Shown here in pieces: positions 12,191-24,872 of a DNA stretch of 44,429 nucleotides. The stretch is taken from positions 57,323,923-57,368,351 of the forward strand of contig NC_068990.1 in NCBI RefSeq assembly GCF_001194135.2, in the 5' to 3' direction. Both the position numbers and the translations under genes were made by a program. This stretch comes from Octopus bimaculoides. Lineage: Eukaryota. The first letter of the stretch is position 1. Each line of letters begins with the position of its first letter. The notes under the pieces were generated by a model that saw only the letters and a list, made by a program, of their open reading frames with translations, was not told the DNA's origin and ran no database searches.

Positions 12191-12764
12191 GTTATATGTA
12201 TATCAGTATAAAATATCAACAGCAATATAAACATATAATAAACTCAACTGAAGCAATTTCTAGACAGAAAGATGCAAACAATAGATTAGTTATAAAGCAA
12301 ACGCAATAGATTAATTATTATAATGAAAGAAATGCTAAATAGAGAAATGAAACAATTATTGAATAGGGAAATGAGACAAATCAGACAATAAATAATGAAA
12401 TAAAACAATCAATGAATAATAAAATAAAATAATTGGTATGTAAGAAAATGAGATAATAGCTCAATGGATAAAAGAATGGAATGTAACATTCACTGAAAAT
12501 CAACGAAAACATTAATGTTTAAACAAAATCAGGCAATAAATCTTCAGAAATCACATTGTTTTCTACTATAAAATGAGGCAGGTATGCTTGTTACATCCAA
12601 ATGATGATGCTGTGTAAATCTAGGAACATTGATAATTACGATGGATTTAGGAACCCATATGTGTACCTTACAGTTCCAAATGAACTATTACAGACTTAAA
12701 AAATATATGAGAAATCTAATAAAAAAAGCTAAAAATGGATTATATTATGATCCTTTCTACTATA

Positions 12765-12968
12765 GATAGTCACAAGGACAGAAATTTGGGGGAGGGGGTT
12801 AATCAATTACATTGACCCCAGTATTCAACTGGTACTTATTTTATTGACCTTGAAAGAATGCAAAGCAAAGTCAACCTTGGTGGAATTTTAACTCAGAACG
12901 TAAGGACAGACGAAATGCTACTAAGCATTTTGCGTAGCATGGTAATGACTCTGCCAGCTTGCAGCCTT
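12765..12968 (-). mobile_element. tRNA-derived SINE family B
   Basis: Minus strand ...ctgagttaaaattccaccaaggttgactttgctttgcattctttcaaggtcaataaaataagtaccag; similar copies at 23505, 25115, 32005 and 43195. Confidence 0.85.
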
Positions 12969-13004
12969 TTATAAATTATAAAATAATTGTGTGTTGTATT
13001 GAGG

Positions 13005-13327
13005 AAATAATGGTGGTCTTGATGCAACACATTATGCACCCCCACCAGGTACAAGTCCAGGCAAGGTTGTTTATGGAAGACCAGCAGTCACCCATGCATA
13101 CGGGCTTCCCCCTCTTCATGCCACCAGTGTTATCTAAGGAAAAGGCAAAGGCTGATACAGCTTGGCACTTGTGACGTCACAACTCATTTCTACAGCTGAG
13201 AGAACTGGAGCAACATGAAATAAAGTGTCTTGCTCAAGAACACAACATGCAGCCCGGACCAGGATTCGAACTCACAACCTCACGATTGTAAGCTTGATGC
13301 TCTAACCACTGAGCCATGCACCTTCAT
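13005..13327 (-). mobile_element. SINE family C, near full length
   Basis: Minus strand head tggctcagtggttagagc...gagttcgaatcc (A and B boxes), then gttgtgttcttgagcaagacactttatttca (CORE-like). Confidence 0.85.
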
Positions 13328-13767
13328 TACACATTTATACTGGCTAATTATAACACCACTGTGCAATTTTAAAATTCTGGCTTTCAAAGTTTTGTGACTT
13401 GAGGTCAATCTACAACAGGAATAATATTTTAAACATTATAAAACCAGTTATAAATATGATATCGTCATCGATTGAAGGATTCTATTATAATTGATAGCTT
13501 CAAAAATGTAATGATGCATTCAATTTTATTTTGTCGGGACATACAAAAGTTGTTGTTTATTCCATTAAACTGTTGTTACGATAACCAATGTAGTTTAAAG
13601 AATAACAGTAAATCAGCGACAAAACATAATTTTAAAATTTCAGATTTGCATTATGGTCTGCATTTATATTTTTCACATATTTAATTCTACAGTATGCACA
13701 ACTGACATACAACTTTAAAGTTGCAAAGAAAATTTTTAAAACCATATACACAAATACATATTTGTGC

Positions 13768-13799
<32 letters not shown>

Positions 13800-13974
13800 A
13801 TAAAATATACAGATATAGGGCAGGGAATCGTCAATTAGTAATAAAATTAATAATTAACAATTTTGCCGAGTAGTTCAGTATGAAAAAACCTTTATCGGTA
13901 AAACCATTTATATATATATGAATATATAGTTTTAGAGTTAATTGAGTTTTTACCTGTAAATTTAGATTTTTATC

Positions 13975-13976
13975 CC

Positions 13977-14028
<52 letters not shown>

Positions 14029-14032
14029 TATA

Positions 14033-14085
<53 letters not shown>
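13975..14085. repeat. (ATT)n plus (TA)n microsatellite
   Basis: Direct reading. Confidence 0.95.
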
Positions 14086-14089
<4 letters not shown>

Positions 14090-14599
14090 GTACAGTCAAA
14101 AGAAAACAAGAACAATGCAAAGAACAAAATATAATATGAATATTTATCTATATATATAAAATTGTTTGCCTCCTTATCTGTCTGTTCTCTATGCATTCCC
14201 AAATAGCTCGACCAAATCAAATCAAATTTTACAAGGTAATATTATCAGGCACCATGTGTGTCAAAGTGTATTTTTTTTTTTTCATTTGCATACATAAAAT
14301 TCTTTGTCTCTCTGTCTGACTGTTCCCTATGCTGTCTGAAACGGCACTATATAAATATAATATAAATATTATACTGTAAGCAGTGAAACAGAGAATTTAA
14401 TATTTTGGACAGTTGCCCTTTGTCAAGAATGGAAAAATGAAAAGAAAAGAAAAAAAATGTTTATCCCAGTAAAGCAGCATTCTGAATGTTAGGACGAAGT
14501 GAGCAGAGTAGAAATGCATAGAATGATGGTTTACAGCACACAAAAAAAAAAGAAAAGATGAAGCAAAAGCTAAGTGAGATAAACAAGATAAAGCATGCT

Positions 14600-15500
14600 A
14601 TGAAGTGTATTATGTATGCTTTGCAGGGTATGCTTGATTGTGTGTATATATTCTGGAGGATAAATGTGAATGAGCTGCATTGATGTGTGGGTAGTAAATA
14701 AAGCATAATGTTGTTTGTCTGTGTTGTAGTGTCAGTGTGCAGTTGATGAGCAGTGCACTGCCTAAATGTGTGTGGGATGAAGTGGAGGGGACTAAGTATG
14801 GATCACTTATGAAAGCGTACATGTATGAAGTGGTTTTATTTGAAAAAGCAGTGTTTTCAGAGGAAGGCTACTTGATTATTAATCCCACTTGGTGTAGTTG
14901 TGTTTAACTGGAAAGTTAATTGATGTTCACATTGCAAGCAAGAGATTTGGGATGGGAGAAATGTTGTCAAACGCCACAAATATTGAGACACTTGAGGAAT
15001 TAAAATTATCGGCCACAGCCCTAAGGGATCCAAGTTATTACAGAGAAAGTCCAACAAGTCTTTCACAAAATGATCAACTAGTTATCGCCCAGTCTCCCAG
15101 TATAGAACACAGAATTGTTATTTTATGCAATAGATGAAGTTTTAGAGAACACATGAAACATTTGATGGTATAGAAGGATGAGCTAAGAGAGGTGATGTTC
15201 TGAATTAAGGTGCTACTGTTGTAATGGGAGTGGTGCTGGCAAAGAATGCAGACAGAATATGGCAATGGATGAAGGAATTCTGAACTAGAAAATCACCCAA
15301 ATTGAGATTATGTTAGAATCAAAAGAAAGGATGTTCCAGAAATATAGAAGTTGGATTTATGGCAGTTGTATTGAAAGAGTTGTTATTTCCATATCATGGT
15401 GCACTGAAAAGGGTAGAGGGGGCAGGAATGATAGATAAGTAAGGAAGGAAAACGGTTGGTAGTGGATACCGCTGTTTTCACCCAAATCTTTAATGATAGA
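14600..15500 (-). mobile_element. Very old LINE reverse-transcriptase remnant (CR1/L2/I-like)
   Basis: Minus-strand fragments LNI/AFDNI.PNLL (cf. LDISKAFDxVxHxxLL) and YAFISDP; weak and frameshifted. Confidence 0.3.
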
Positions 15501-16334
15501 AATAACAGTGGCATTTGCCTATTGTGGAAAGTGATCAATGATTGGCCAACAAACGAAGGGAACAATTTTTGGACGTTCAACAACACAATAGCACCAGATT
15601 ATTCAGGCCCATTCCCTATCACATCAACCCTCCAAGTCACTCCTATCTGTATCCCACAGTTTTCAGCACTATACAACATCACAAAAATCTTATTTCCACT
15701 TATTACATGTAGCATGGGCTAACCCTTATCTAAAAGCACCATTGCTCCTTAAAACACTTCTACAATCTGATAAACTTCCTCTCATGCACTTTACAGTCAT
15801 ATCAATACACCTTCTCATACACACAGAGACACACACATGCACATGCATGCACGCAAGCACACACACACACACTGCACTATCTCCCTTCTACAAAATGACA
15901 CTATTCTTGTTCCATTCACACATCTTAGCTCTGTTTATTATATTGACACTCTTTGTTGACATCTATTTTGTAGGACATATTCACAGGCACGACCACATGC
16001 TCCCACCTCTCTTTCTCTCCAAACACACCCTGACTATCTACCCTAGTTCTCTTTTAGTTGTTAACCACAATTCTAAACATTTCATCCTATCCACTTCTGT
16101 TCTTCTTTTCCTCAAATTATTCAACTACAGCCGGTGGGGATTTTCTTTTGTTAAGTTAACTTTCTTCATCCCTCATTCTCCATATTTTCTGCTCTTGCAG
16201 AAGGATAACTATCTAAAATATTTCATTCTCTTCCGTTCTTTCTTCACATTGCAATTATATTGATGTTGAACTCTTGTTGATTGTTCTGTTTTATATCTGA
16301 TTTGTGTTCCTCATGACTCTACTTGGATATGGAT

Positions 16335-16338
16335 ACGC

Positions 16339-16395
<57 letters not shown>
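16335..16395. repeat. (CA)n microsatellite
   Basis: Direct reading. Confidence 0.95.
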
Positions 16396-16400
<5 letters not shown>

Positions 16401-17607
16401 ATCAAGCTGTACAATATTATGGATCCATTTCAGTCAATCTTTACAATTGGATAACTGGAAATTACATAACAGTGTGGTTATATAACATGACTACTCTTTG
16501 TTATTGGAAGTGAAAAAAGCATCCAGTAACAGGGGGCAGTGGCAACTCTGTTGACAAATATATGCGTCTGTATTTTTTCTGAGATGGATACTTAGACAGC
16601 TGTATGTGTACATGCGTGCATGCACACTTGAGTGTGTATACACGCATAAAGTATGGCTGTGTAGTTATTTTTATTTTTATTTAGAAATATCTAACATAAA
16701 CTTTTTAAATGTCTTCTATATAAAACTGATTATCCAGTGGAAATTTTCAGCTCAGAAAATAATACATTAGTATATTCAGACTAGTTCTCTCAACTTGGCT
16801 GTCAAAACAATTCAGCCATTGTAATTCTGGTCTTCAAATATCTGCTTCGTTTGGTAGCATTCCCAGAACTTCAAAGCAAACCTTTTGTTAAATACATGGT
16901 GATGGGGGGGGGGGGGCTGTTCTCCTCCCACAGCCCATAACAAGGATACCCACTTATTAGTTATTCTCCCACTTATATCATGTGCATGTTCTCCTTGAAG
17001 TAGAATATATATTGCTTAAGTGTCCCAAGGCTGGAACTTACGCCCACAAGCTAAACTAGTACCCTTAACACATATAATGGGAGCTATAAACTTAATATAT
17101 TTAATGGCTGCTGATTTAATCTTCTTTCTGTCTTCATTAAAGGTTTCTTTATATTGTTCATCTCTATAAAGGCCTACTGAGGAACCTACCACATTACAGC
17201 ATATGCAGTGAATCTTTCAGATCATAGGGCCTCTTTACAATCCTTCCCACTGTCAGTGTTTCTTTCAAATAGCACTTTTTATATGCTTTTGCATGCTGAT
17301 GGTGAAAATTTCACTAATTTTCCCCAGAAATTAATAAAAAAGTAATGTTGAAAGTCTCTAAATATTGAAATCTTAACCAATCAGAATTCTCCATTGCCGA
17401 TATACCAGAAGTCACAATTTCCATGTATTGATGATGAGTTGAAAACATCATGAAATCTTGAAAGAGTGATTTTTTTCTTAAGTGAAAAGAATTTAATGAA
17501 ATAAAAGAAAAATCATGAGAAAGATGGAAAAAATTAATGAAGTGTAATTAATGTGTTATATATCCTTTAAATATTCAATAATACTAACCCTAAACCTAAT
17601 CATCTTT

Positions 17608-17673
17608 GCGGTCTATGTCTCATCAGGTACATCCAACTTTATGTATGGATGTACCTGATGAAACCCAGACTGC
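17608..17673. other. 28-bp imperfect hairpin with 10-nt loop
   Basis: Arms 17608-17635 and 17646-17673; inner 16 bp pair perfectly. Confidence 0.9.
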
Positions 17674-17795
17674 AAAATGGATGCAACACAACATGTTGAA
17701 TGGAATCCCACTCATAAGGGGCAGTAGCAGGATGGGTCGAAACGACCTTCCTACAAAATAAGGATTAATGCCAATTACCTCTTCTGGTTACTTAA

Positions 17796-17834
<39 letters not shown>

Positions 17835-17837
<3 letters not shown>

Positions 17838-18015
17838 AATCCCAAAAAGAAGAACAAACACAAAAAAATAACAATGCAAGGATGTGGTACATGTAAAGTA
17901 TTATCAGACACTCAGGGAAGGAAAGAAAGATGGTTTAACGTTTCGAGTCGATGTTCTTCAGATATAGAGAAAAGTCCAACAGAAAGGAAGATGGAAGAAG
18001 AAAATTGCAAAGTTT
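17835..18015 (-). mobile_element. Probable Penelope-like terminal repeat fragment with decayed minimal hammerhead motif
   Basis: Minus strand ctgaaga-acatcgactc-gaaacgtt-aaac; recognition of the family is from memory, not alignment. Confidence 0.4.
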
Positions 18016-18264
18016 AAAGTATATAAATAAATTAAATTAAATGTCCTTGTTAAGTCTTGTCAATTTGTTTGAACAAATCAACTCCAGGTGTGAAATGGTA
18101 AGGAGGGCCAAACACAGACAGAAACAAACACACACATACATGCATGCACGCACGCACACACACACACACACACGTACGTACATGTACATAAATATTTTAG
18201 TATATTATATATTACTGCTTCACTGCATCGACCACTCTATGGATATTGTTATACACTGCTGGTC

Positions 18265-18468
18265 ACAATGTGCTTCATCCCACTGGCTAGGCAAGTAAGC
18301 CAGCATTCCCCCTGAACAGCGTTACCCATTTACAGCTGAGTGGATTGGGGCAATGTGAAATTAAGTGTTTTGCTCAAGAACACAGCACACTACCCAGCCT
18401 GGGAACTAAAACCATGATCTTGCAATCAAGAGAGCAACGCTCCAACAACCAGGCCACATGTCTTCATA
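18265..18468 (-). mobile_element. SINE family C copy
   Basis: Minus strand gtgttcttgagcaaaacacttaatttcacattgccccaatccactcagctgtaaatggg matches 13005-13327. Confidence 0.8.
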
Positions 18469-18507
18469 TGTGTACCGATACATACATACATACATACATA
18501 CATACAT

Positions 18508-19902
18508 TAAGCCAGACAATGTATTGAAAAGACACCCACATAGATTGCATATCCAATTTGGACCATCAAGAATTGCAGTGTTCTGATCTTTGTGTTTCTT
18601 AAAATGTCTTTTGAGGCCTCCATTAGATTTGTAGCCTTTATGGCATACATGGCATTGAAAGGCGTGCACAGATATATAGGCAGAATAGTTGGTGGAGGTT
18701 CGTTTTTCATGGGTCTGCAAATAAGATTTGAGCCCAGCAAAAAAAAAGGCATGGTCTGTCACAAACTGTGCACACAAAAAGATCATTGATTCACCTTCTC
18801 GATTGTAACATTCTTCTTTAAATCTCTCTTGAGTCTTGCATGCATTATCCTGGCCACTTCAAACGCTTTCACTCCACTCCACACTTTTGTATGCCATCCA
18901 ACTCGATCCGAAGCAAGGGTTTCAATGTCCTCAGGATCCATTCCAAGTGACTTCATTGTAGTCCTCATGCTGTCCTTAAACCACTTTTTAGGTTTACACC
19001 GATAGCATTTCTCCTCTGCAAGCTCACCATAAAACAGCTGTTTGAGTGTGCGTTCATCCGCCATTTGAACAATATGACCAGACCATCTCATTTGATTTTT
19101 CAGAGTCGTTGCTTTAATTGAAGTGATGCCTGCAGATGCAAGGACATCTGTGTTTGGAGAAAAAAAAACTCCATTTAATGTTTGAAATGCGATGGAGGAA
19201 TTTTTGGTGTACTTGTACAAACAATTTGAAATGTCTTTCATAACATGTCCATGTTTTGGAAGAATACAACAAGAATGTTAAGACAAACGATTTGTAAAGA
19301 GCCAATTTTGTGTTGTTATTTATATGTTGTTGGTGCCAAACGCATGACTCCAAACTACCAAATGCTTGTGCTGCCCTTTGAATTTGCAGATGTATTTCTG
19401 TGTCCAGATTTTTCTCATTTTGTACAGAGCTTCCAAGGTAGATTAAGAGAATCAATAGCTTAACAAAAATTTTAGTGGGGTTGCAAACAGCACCACATGC
19501 AGTTTGATACATTACAGCCGTTTTTTTCAAGTTGATGGTCAAGCCAAAATCATCACAAGCTGAGTCGAATGCAGATACAAGGGACTGCAGACCTGTTTCA
19601 GAATGACTGGCTAGATTGCAATCGTCAGCATATAAGAGTTCCCTAATGAGGGAAGTAAAAACCTTCGATCTGAATTTCAGTCTGGTGAGATTAAAAACAT
19701 TGCTTTTTGTTTGATATTTCATGTAAATACCATCCTCGGAGTTTTCAAAAGCATGTGACAGTACAACAGCAAAGTATAATGCAAAGAAGATAGATGCATG
19801 TTCGGTTGTTGAAGTCTGTATGGACATGTGAATTCTCATGACTTCCAAAGAGAACAGGACTCTGTTCTGTGATTTTGCCACATCTTGGGTGCGAAAAAGC
19901 AA
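18508..19902 (-). mobile_element. 5'-truncated RTE-clade LINE: RT C-terminal half, thumb and C2H2 tail, frameshifted
   Basis: ELLYADDCNL..GLTINLKKT..YLGS..IQRAAQAFGSL..KLALYKSFVLTFLLYSSKTW, then RWSGHIVQMADERTLKQLFYGEL..KPKKWFKD, all diagnostic of RTE ORFs. Confidence 0.93.
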
Positions 19903-21499
19903 GTAATGAGGCTGGGATGTAGAAGCGGAAATCTTACTTGCAACCTGTTTAACATTATACTTGATTTAAATTTTTCAACCTAGAATAACTGTAAAATGGT
20001 AAAGAGAACAGGAAACAGCAACAATAATAGCAGACCAAAAAATTATTTTATCAAAGCACCATCGAGTGACATCTGAGGAATAGCAAGAGAGATTGCTCTC
20101 GTCTCATTCCAAAAGCTGTCGATCAGAAGCCTACTCCAGCCAAAACTGATATAACCATCCTGCAATATTGCGACTGTGAGGAGGACCTAGACAATATGAA
20201 TTAACATGACAACCCATCTAGAGCAACGGAAAGATGAAAAAATAAATAAAGAGTAGAACATGTGTGAAGGAAAACACTCACATTCCTGTCGCTTGAAAGT
20301 CTAGTCATATTCTCATGAGGATGATGGAAGATATGAAGTTAGATGATAAATACAATGTACTGATTGAAGTGTTAGAAATACAGCCTGGAGAGTAAAACAA
20401 AACCACTATGATGATAGATTATTAGTGAAAAACATACACATATAACTTGTGACCTGAAACTTCCTGCCCAATGGACAATGGATGCTACTTTCATTATCAA
20501 TAATGAAAATTTCTTCACAGACTTTTTTATGCACCATGTTTCAATATGAGGACTGGCAAGCAAAACAATAGTCATGATGGTCACAAGCATATGGATAGGC
20601 TGCCCTTATTTGTTTCTTGTGTTTTTGTATCACACACACATGCACATACATATAACAATTTAATAACGTATGCAATAAAGAAGCATACCTCAACATAATG
20701 GAAATAGAAGAATATATTTAGTATATTATACAAAAATTGAATACTCATACACAATACTTTGAGTTCCCTGGCAAGCCACAGGTACGAAATCTTCCGATCC
20801 CCAATCAGTAATGAAAACCAGTGCCAGCATTCAGTGCTTTTGTGAAGCCATTACAGGAAAAATTACCAGTGCCACCTAGAGATACTGCAGAACCATTCAA
20901 TCATACAAAGAGAACAAATCTGCTATATGGTATTGGTCAGAATTCATGATACGAGTGTGAAGATTGTGTATGGTAAAATAAAAATAAAATGTAGACAGGT
21001 TCCAAAAGTTTCATTTTTAGCATTTAACAAGTGTTAAGTTCCTGTGAACTCTTCAGAATAAGCGACCTTTCTACATGATAGCACCCGCATACCCTGCTAC
21101 TATGCACACATACACATTTATGGCAAACCCATAGAGCACAATACACTAATTTATGTTATATTACATTATATTACATGTTATATTTTATTGTACTATTTTA
21201 TAGTACTCTACATAAAGTTGCCCATGCCAACTGATCACCTTCTACTTAAGGAAACATGCAAGCCATACTGACAACAGATAGACCAAGAAAACGGTGATAG
21301 ATATGGTTGTAACTAGAAACGGGATAGGTACTTGGTTGTGAATACAAAAGGTCTAGACTGACTCAGAGACGCAAAGCAATCTAAAAAGTATGGTAACTGA
21401 AAGAGCTAGCAATCAGATATAGGTTTAATTAGTGCTATTTGGCGCATATCACAATGAGATAGGGACTAATAAAGGAGAGGACAAATGCATGTTTCAACA

Positions 21500-21985
21500 A
21501 GACAAACATCTGTGATACATATATTAGATCTGTGTGATGGAGCAAGAGTCTCTTAGACTAAAGATGTCATGTTGTCAGAATAGTATTGTGGGTAGAATCA
21601 TATGGGCCAAGTGTCAGGTCATAAAATAATGGAAGAGTAGGGGAAGCAAAGGAACAACATCAGGTAGCTAGAAGATAAGATAGATATATGTAGTGATAGA
21701 GAAGCTGAAAGCAAGAAGTTTACAAACGTTTTGTAATGTGGGTGTCAGAAATTTCAGTGAATCAACATGTCGTTTGAGAAAAGTGAATGGCAATGATGCC
21801 CTTGCAGTCACTAACACGAAGAAGAAAGAAGCATTAAGATGCTACAACGTGATGTTGGTAAACAAGAAGAAGAGAACAGGACAACTCTACGTAGACCAAG
21901 CAGAGGCAACAGCAATGAAAGTCAGTAACTATCTGGTCGAAAGGGTAATTAAGAATATGTAATAAAAGAAAGCAGCTGGGCAGTT
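21500..21985 (+). mobile_element. Degenerate RTE-like LINE fragment (linker between endonuclease and RT)
   Basis: KKEALRCYNVMLVN...YVDQAEATAMKVSNYLVERVIKNM**KKAAG resembles KKEAWRxHYERLLN...VDPxEGPAI...AIKxMKxGKAAG. Confidence 0.45.
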
Positions 21986-22049
21986 AAAGATTTAACTGGT
22001 TATTTATTTAATGACTGGGACTGTATATTTTAAGCCTTCTTCGACCAAT

Positions 22050-22650
22050 GATCTCGCTTGTCCAGGTGGTCTTTTTATTTATTTTTTGTGTCATGTGTAG
22101 TTTGTTTTGGGTGTGGCTTGCATACAACCTGCTATGATACATACCGTGTTGTTTTGAATTCCTTGAAGTTTATTTTTGTTTGCAGTGGAGAGATTTTAGA
22201 ACACCAGTTGGGAAAGCATAATATGATGAATCATTTAATATCTTTTTTGTGCACTATTGTGGTTGTTTCTTTCTGTTGGGCAAATATGATACATGTGATT
22301 ACTCTCAGTAGGTTTGTACATTGTTGATATGTTGTCCATGTGTGTTTTAAACCTTGTGAGATGTCCAGTACTTTTGTCATTATTGTCTGTGTGGTATGCT
22401 TATGGTGATGAGTGAGATAGTTGGAGTTTGATGTTCTCTGGTGTTGTTGGTAATTAAATACAACAGTAGATTTGTTAAGTAGGCAGTTGCTACTTTAAGT
22501 CAAGTGTTGTGCAGCTAGGTTCCTAGTTAATTTCAGATTGGCTGGAACTGTTGTATGTCAGTGCATGGATGATCGAAGATTGTGTATGATACTGTATGTT
22601 TGTGGAGGTGTGGGAATGTCTTGTATCAATAGGTTAACAAAATTGAACAA
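22050..22650 (-). mobile_element. Degenerate I/Jockey-group LINE RT C-terminal remnant
   Basis: Frameshifted minus-strand reading FKTHMDNIS / NLLRVIT..FAQQKETTTIVHK / YAFP.W / KLQGIQNNTVCIIAGCMQATP. Confidence 0.55.
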
Positions 22651-23504
22651 AAAGACAAATCCTTGTGGGATTTCATTCATGAAATTTCAGGCTCTAGAAG
22701 TTTTGTTCTTCTAAAGTACCAGGGAGGTAATATTTTTAACTGTTAGGTAGTGTTTGTTCTGATGACCTAGTGAATTGTAATATAGTCATCCTAGTGTAGA
22801 TGCTATCTTCCAGTTGGATAAGATAAACTTTTATTTGTAGATACATTTGGTGAAAATCTCAGTTGTAAAATTTAGGTAGCAGTTGTAGTTTAACAGAATG
22901 TGTATCCTTTCTGCTATATATTGACAGCATCTCAATGACACATCCACACACAGCTCTGATTAGTACTATTGACGATTTTGTTGTCCCTTTGTTTCTATAT
23001 GCCAATTACTAATGTCTAGGTATTTCTTTTTTCAGTTTACTGAATGATGACTCCTAATAAGAATAGAAGCCTTTTCTCATCAACTACTCAGTTTCGTATA
23101 CTTCAGATAACTTTTGCTTTGTATATTGTTGACTTGACGTTGCATGCCTGATCTAGTAGGTAAGATTCTACATTTCTGCATGTGCAATGTGGAACGGTTA
23201 GTTGGGTAGGTTTACATGAGATTATCGTTTTCATGTTGGGACTGCAGCTATAGTTTAAATTCACTGAAGACCAATCAATTTTATTTTTATCTATGGTTCT
23301 TAAGGAAATGTTTATTTATTAGAGACAGATACATTTTTTCCCACATTAACTGAAATATTTAGCGTGGTAGATGGTGGTGAAGTATATTATTGTTCTCAAC
23401 CTATTCTTAGGACATGAATGGTTAAAGTATATGTTAGAGCTCTTAATGTAGAAGGATGCTGACTTGAAGAATTTTCTAGATGAAGAGAAGCTAAAAAATG
23501 TAGT

Positions 23505-23702
23505 AATAATCCTGAAATTTTGGAGGGGAATAGTCAATTACATCAACCCAAGTACTCAACTGGTACTTATTTTTATTGAATCCAAAGGGTGAAAGGCAAA
23601 GACAATCTCAGCAGAATTTGAACACAAAACTTAAAGACAGGTGAAATGCCATTTAACATTTTGTCTAGCATGCTAATGATTCTGCCAACTCCATTGCCTT
23701 AC
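23505..23702 (-). mobile_element. SINE family B copy
   Basis: Aligns with 12765-12968 (caactggtacttattttt...aggcaaag...gaatttgaac). Confidence 0.85.
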
Positions 23703-24307
23703 CAAAAATCTGGTAATGATATTAGCTATAAAATGGGGAGGTGGCTAGATTATCTATGTATCTAAACTTTACATTGGGCCTCTGCAATGAGTTGAGAATA
23801 CTGAAATCCAGGTCTATAGAAGCATCTAGGATGTTGTCCATAACATAGTAGCTACAGGTAATTTTAGGCCCTATGTTATCAAAAGCAGCTTTGAAGTTTA
23901 TCTAAATGTATCTAGAGTATGGCGATCACAGCTGTGAGATATTTCTAAAATACTGCCTTGGGGTTGGTTTGGAATTTAGTTCATAGAGCATCAGGTATGT
24001 GAAAGACTACTGGGTCGGCTATATGACAGTTCTAATATATAGGATGCAACATATACACCATATATATCAACATGCATACAGACACAGATATGCACACAGT
24101 AACATATATACATGCAGACAGAGATACAAACATGCATGCTAACACATACACACACACACACACACACATAGATATAAGGGTATACATATAGGTACATACA
24201 TATATATATATATATTTACTCACACATGCACATACATACATCCACATATATATACATATATATGATATATGTGTTTATATCTATGCATATATATATATAT
24301 ATATATA

Positions 24308-24872
24308 NNNNNNNNNNNNNNNNNNNNNNNNNNNNNNNNNNNNNNNNNNNNNNNNNNNNNNNNNNNNNNNNNNNNNNNNNNNNNNNNNNNNNNNNNNNNN
24401 NNNNNNNNNNNNNNNNNNNNNNNNNNNNNNNNNNNNNNNNNNNNNNNNNNNNNNNNNNNNNNNNNNNNNNNNNNNNNNNNNNNNNNNNNNNNNNNNNNNN
24501 NNNNNNNNNNNNNNNNNNNNNNNNNNNNNNNNNNNNNNNNNNNNNNNNNNNNNNNNNNNNNNNNNNNNNNNNNNNNNNNNNNNNNNNNNNNNNNNNNNNN
24601 NNNNNNNNNNNNNNNNNNNNNNNNNNNNNNNNNNNNNNNNNNNNNNNNNNNNNNNNNNNNNNNNNNNNNNNNNNNNNNNNNNNNNNNNNNNNNNNNNNNN
24701 NNNNNNNNNNNNNNNNNNNNNNNNNNNNNNNNNNNNNNNNNNNNNNNNNNNNNNNNNNNNNNNNNNNNNNNNNNNNNNNNNNNNNNNNNNNNNNNNNNNN
24801 NNNNNNNNNNNNNNNNNNNNNNNNNNNNNNNNNNNNNNNNNNNNNNNNNNNNNNNNNNNNNNNNNNNNNNNN
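24308..24872. other. Assembly gap (N run)
   Basis: Run of N. Confidence 1.

Noticed and set aside
13240-13327. tRNA-like sequence with A and B boxes
   Set aside because: It is the head of a SINE continuing into a CORE-like body; no complete cloverleaf.
14898-15137. Protein-looking + strand ORF (SNATNIETLEELKL...)
   Set aside because: No recognisable family; it overlaps the antisense of a probable decayed RT.
15383-16263. ORFs 15456-15722 and 15742-16263
   Set aside because: Compositionally skewed, no motifs; probably decayed LINE sequence.
18406-18786. Stand-alone host C2H2 zinc-finger gene
   Set aside because: Contiguous and co-oriented with the RTE ORF, frameshifted and without evident splice sites; treated as the LINE tail.
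20000-21000. Possible transposase or exon fragments (e.g. ITCDLKLPAQWTMDATF...)
   Set aside because: Frequent stops in all frames and no motif I can assign.
23035-23160. Strong acceptor/donor pair (tttttcag ... tag|gtaaga)
   Set aside because: Stops in all three frames and adjacent to an antisense LINE relic.
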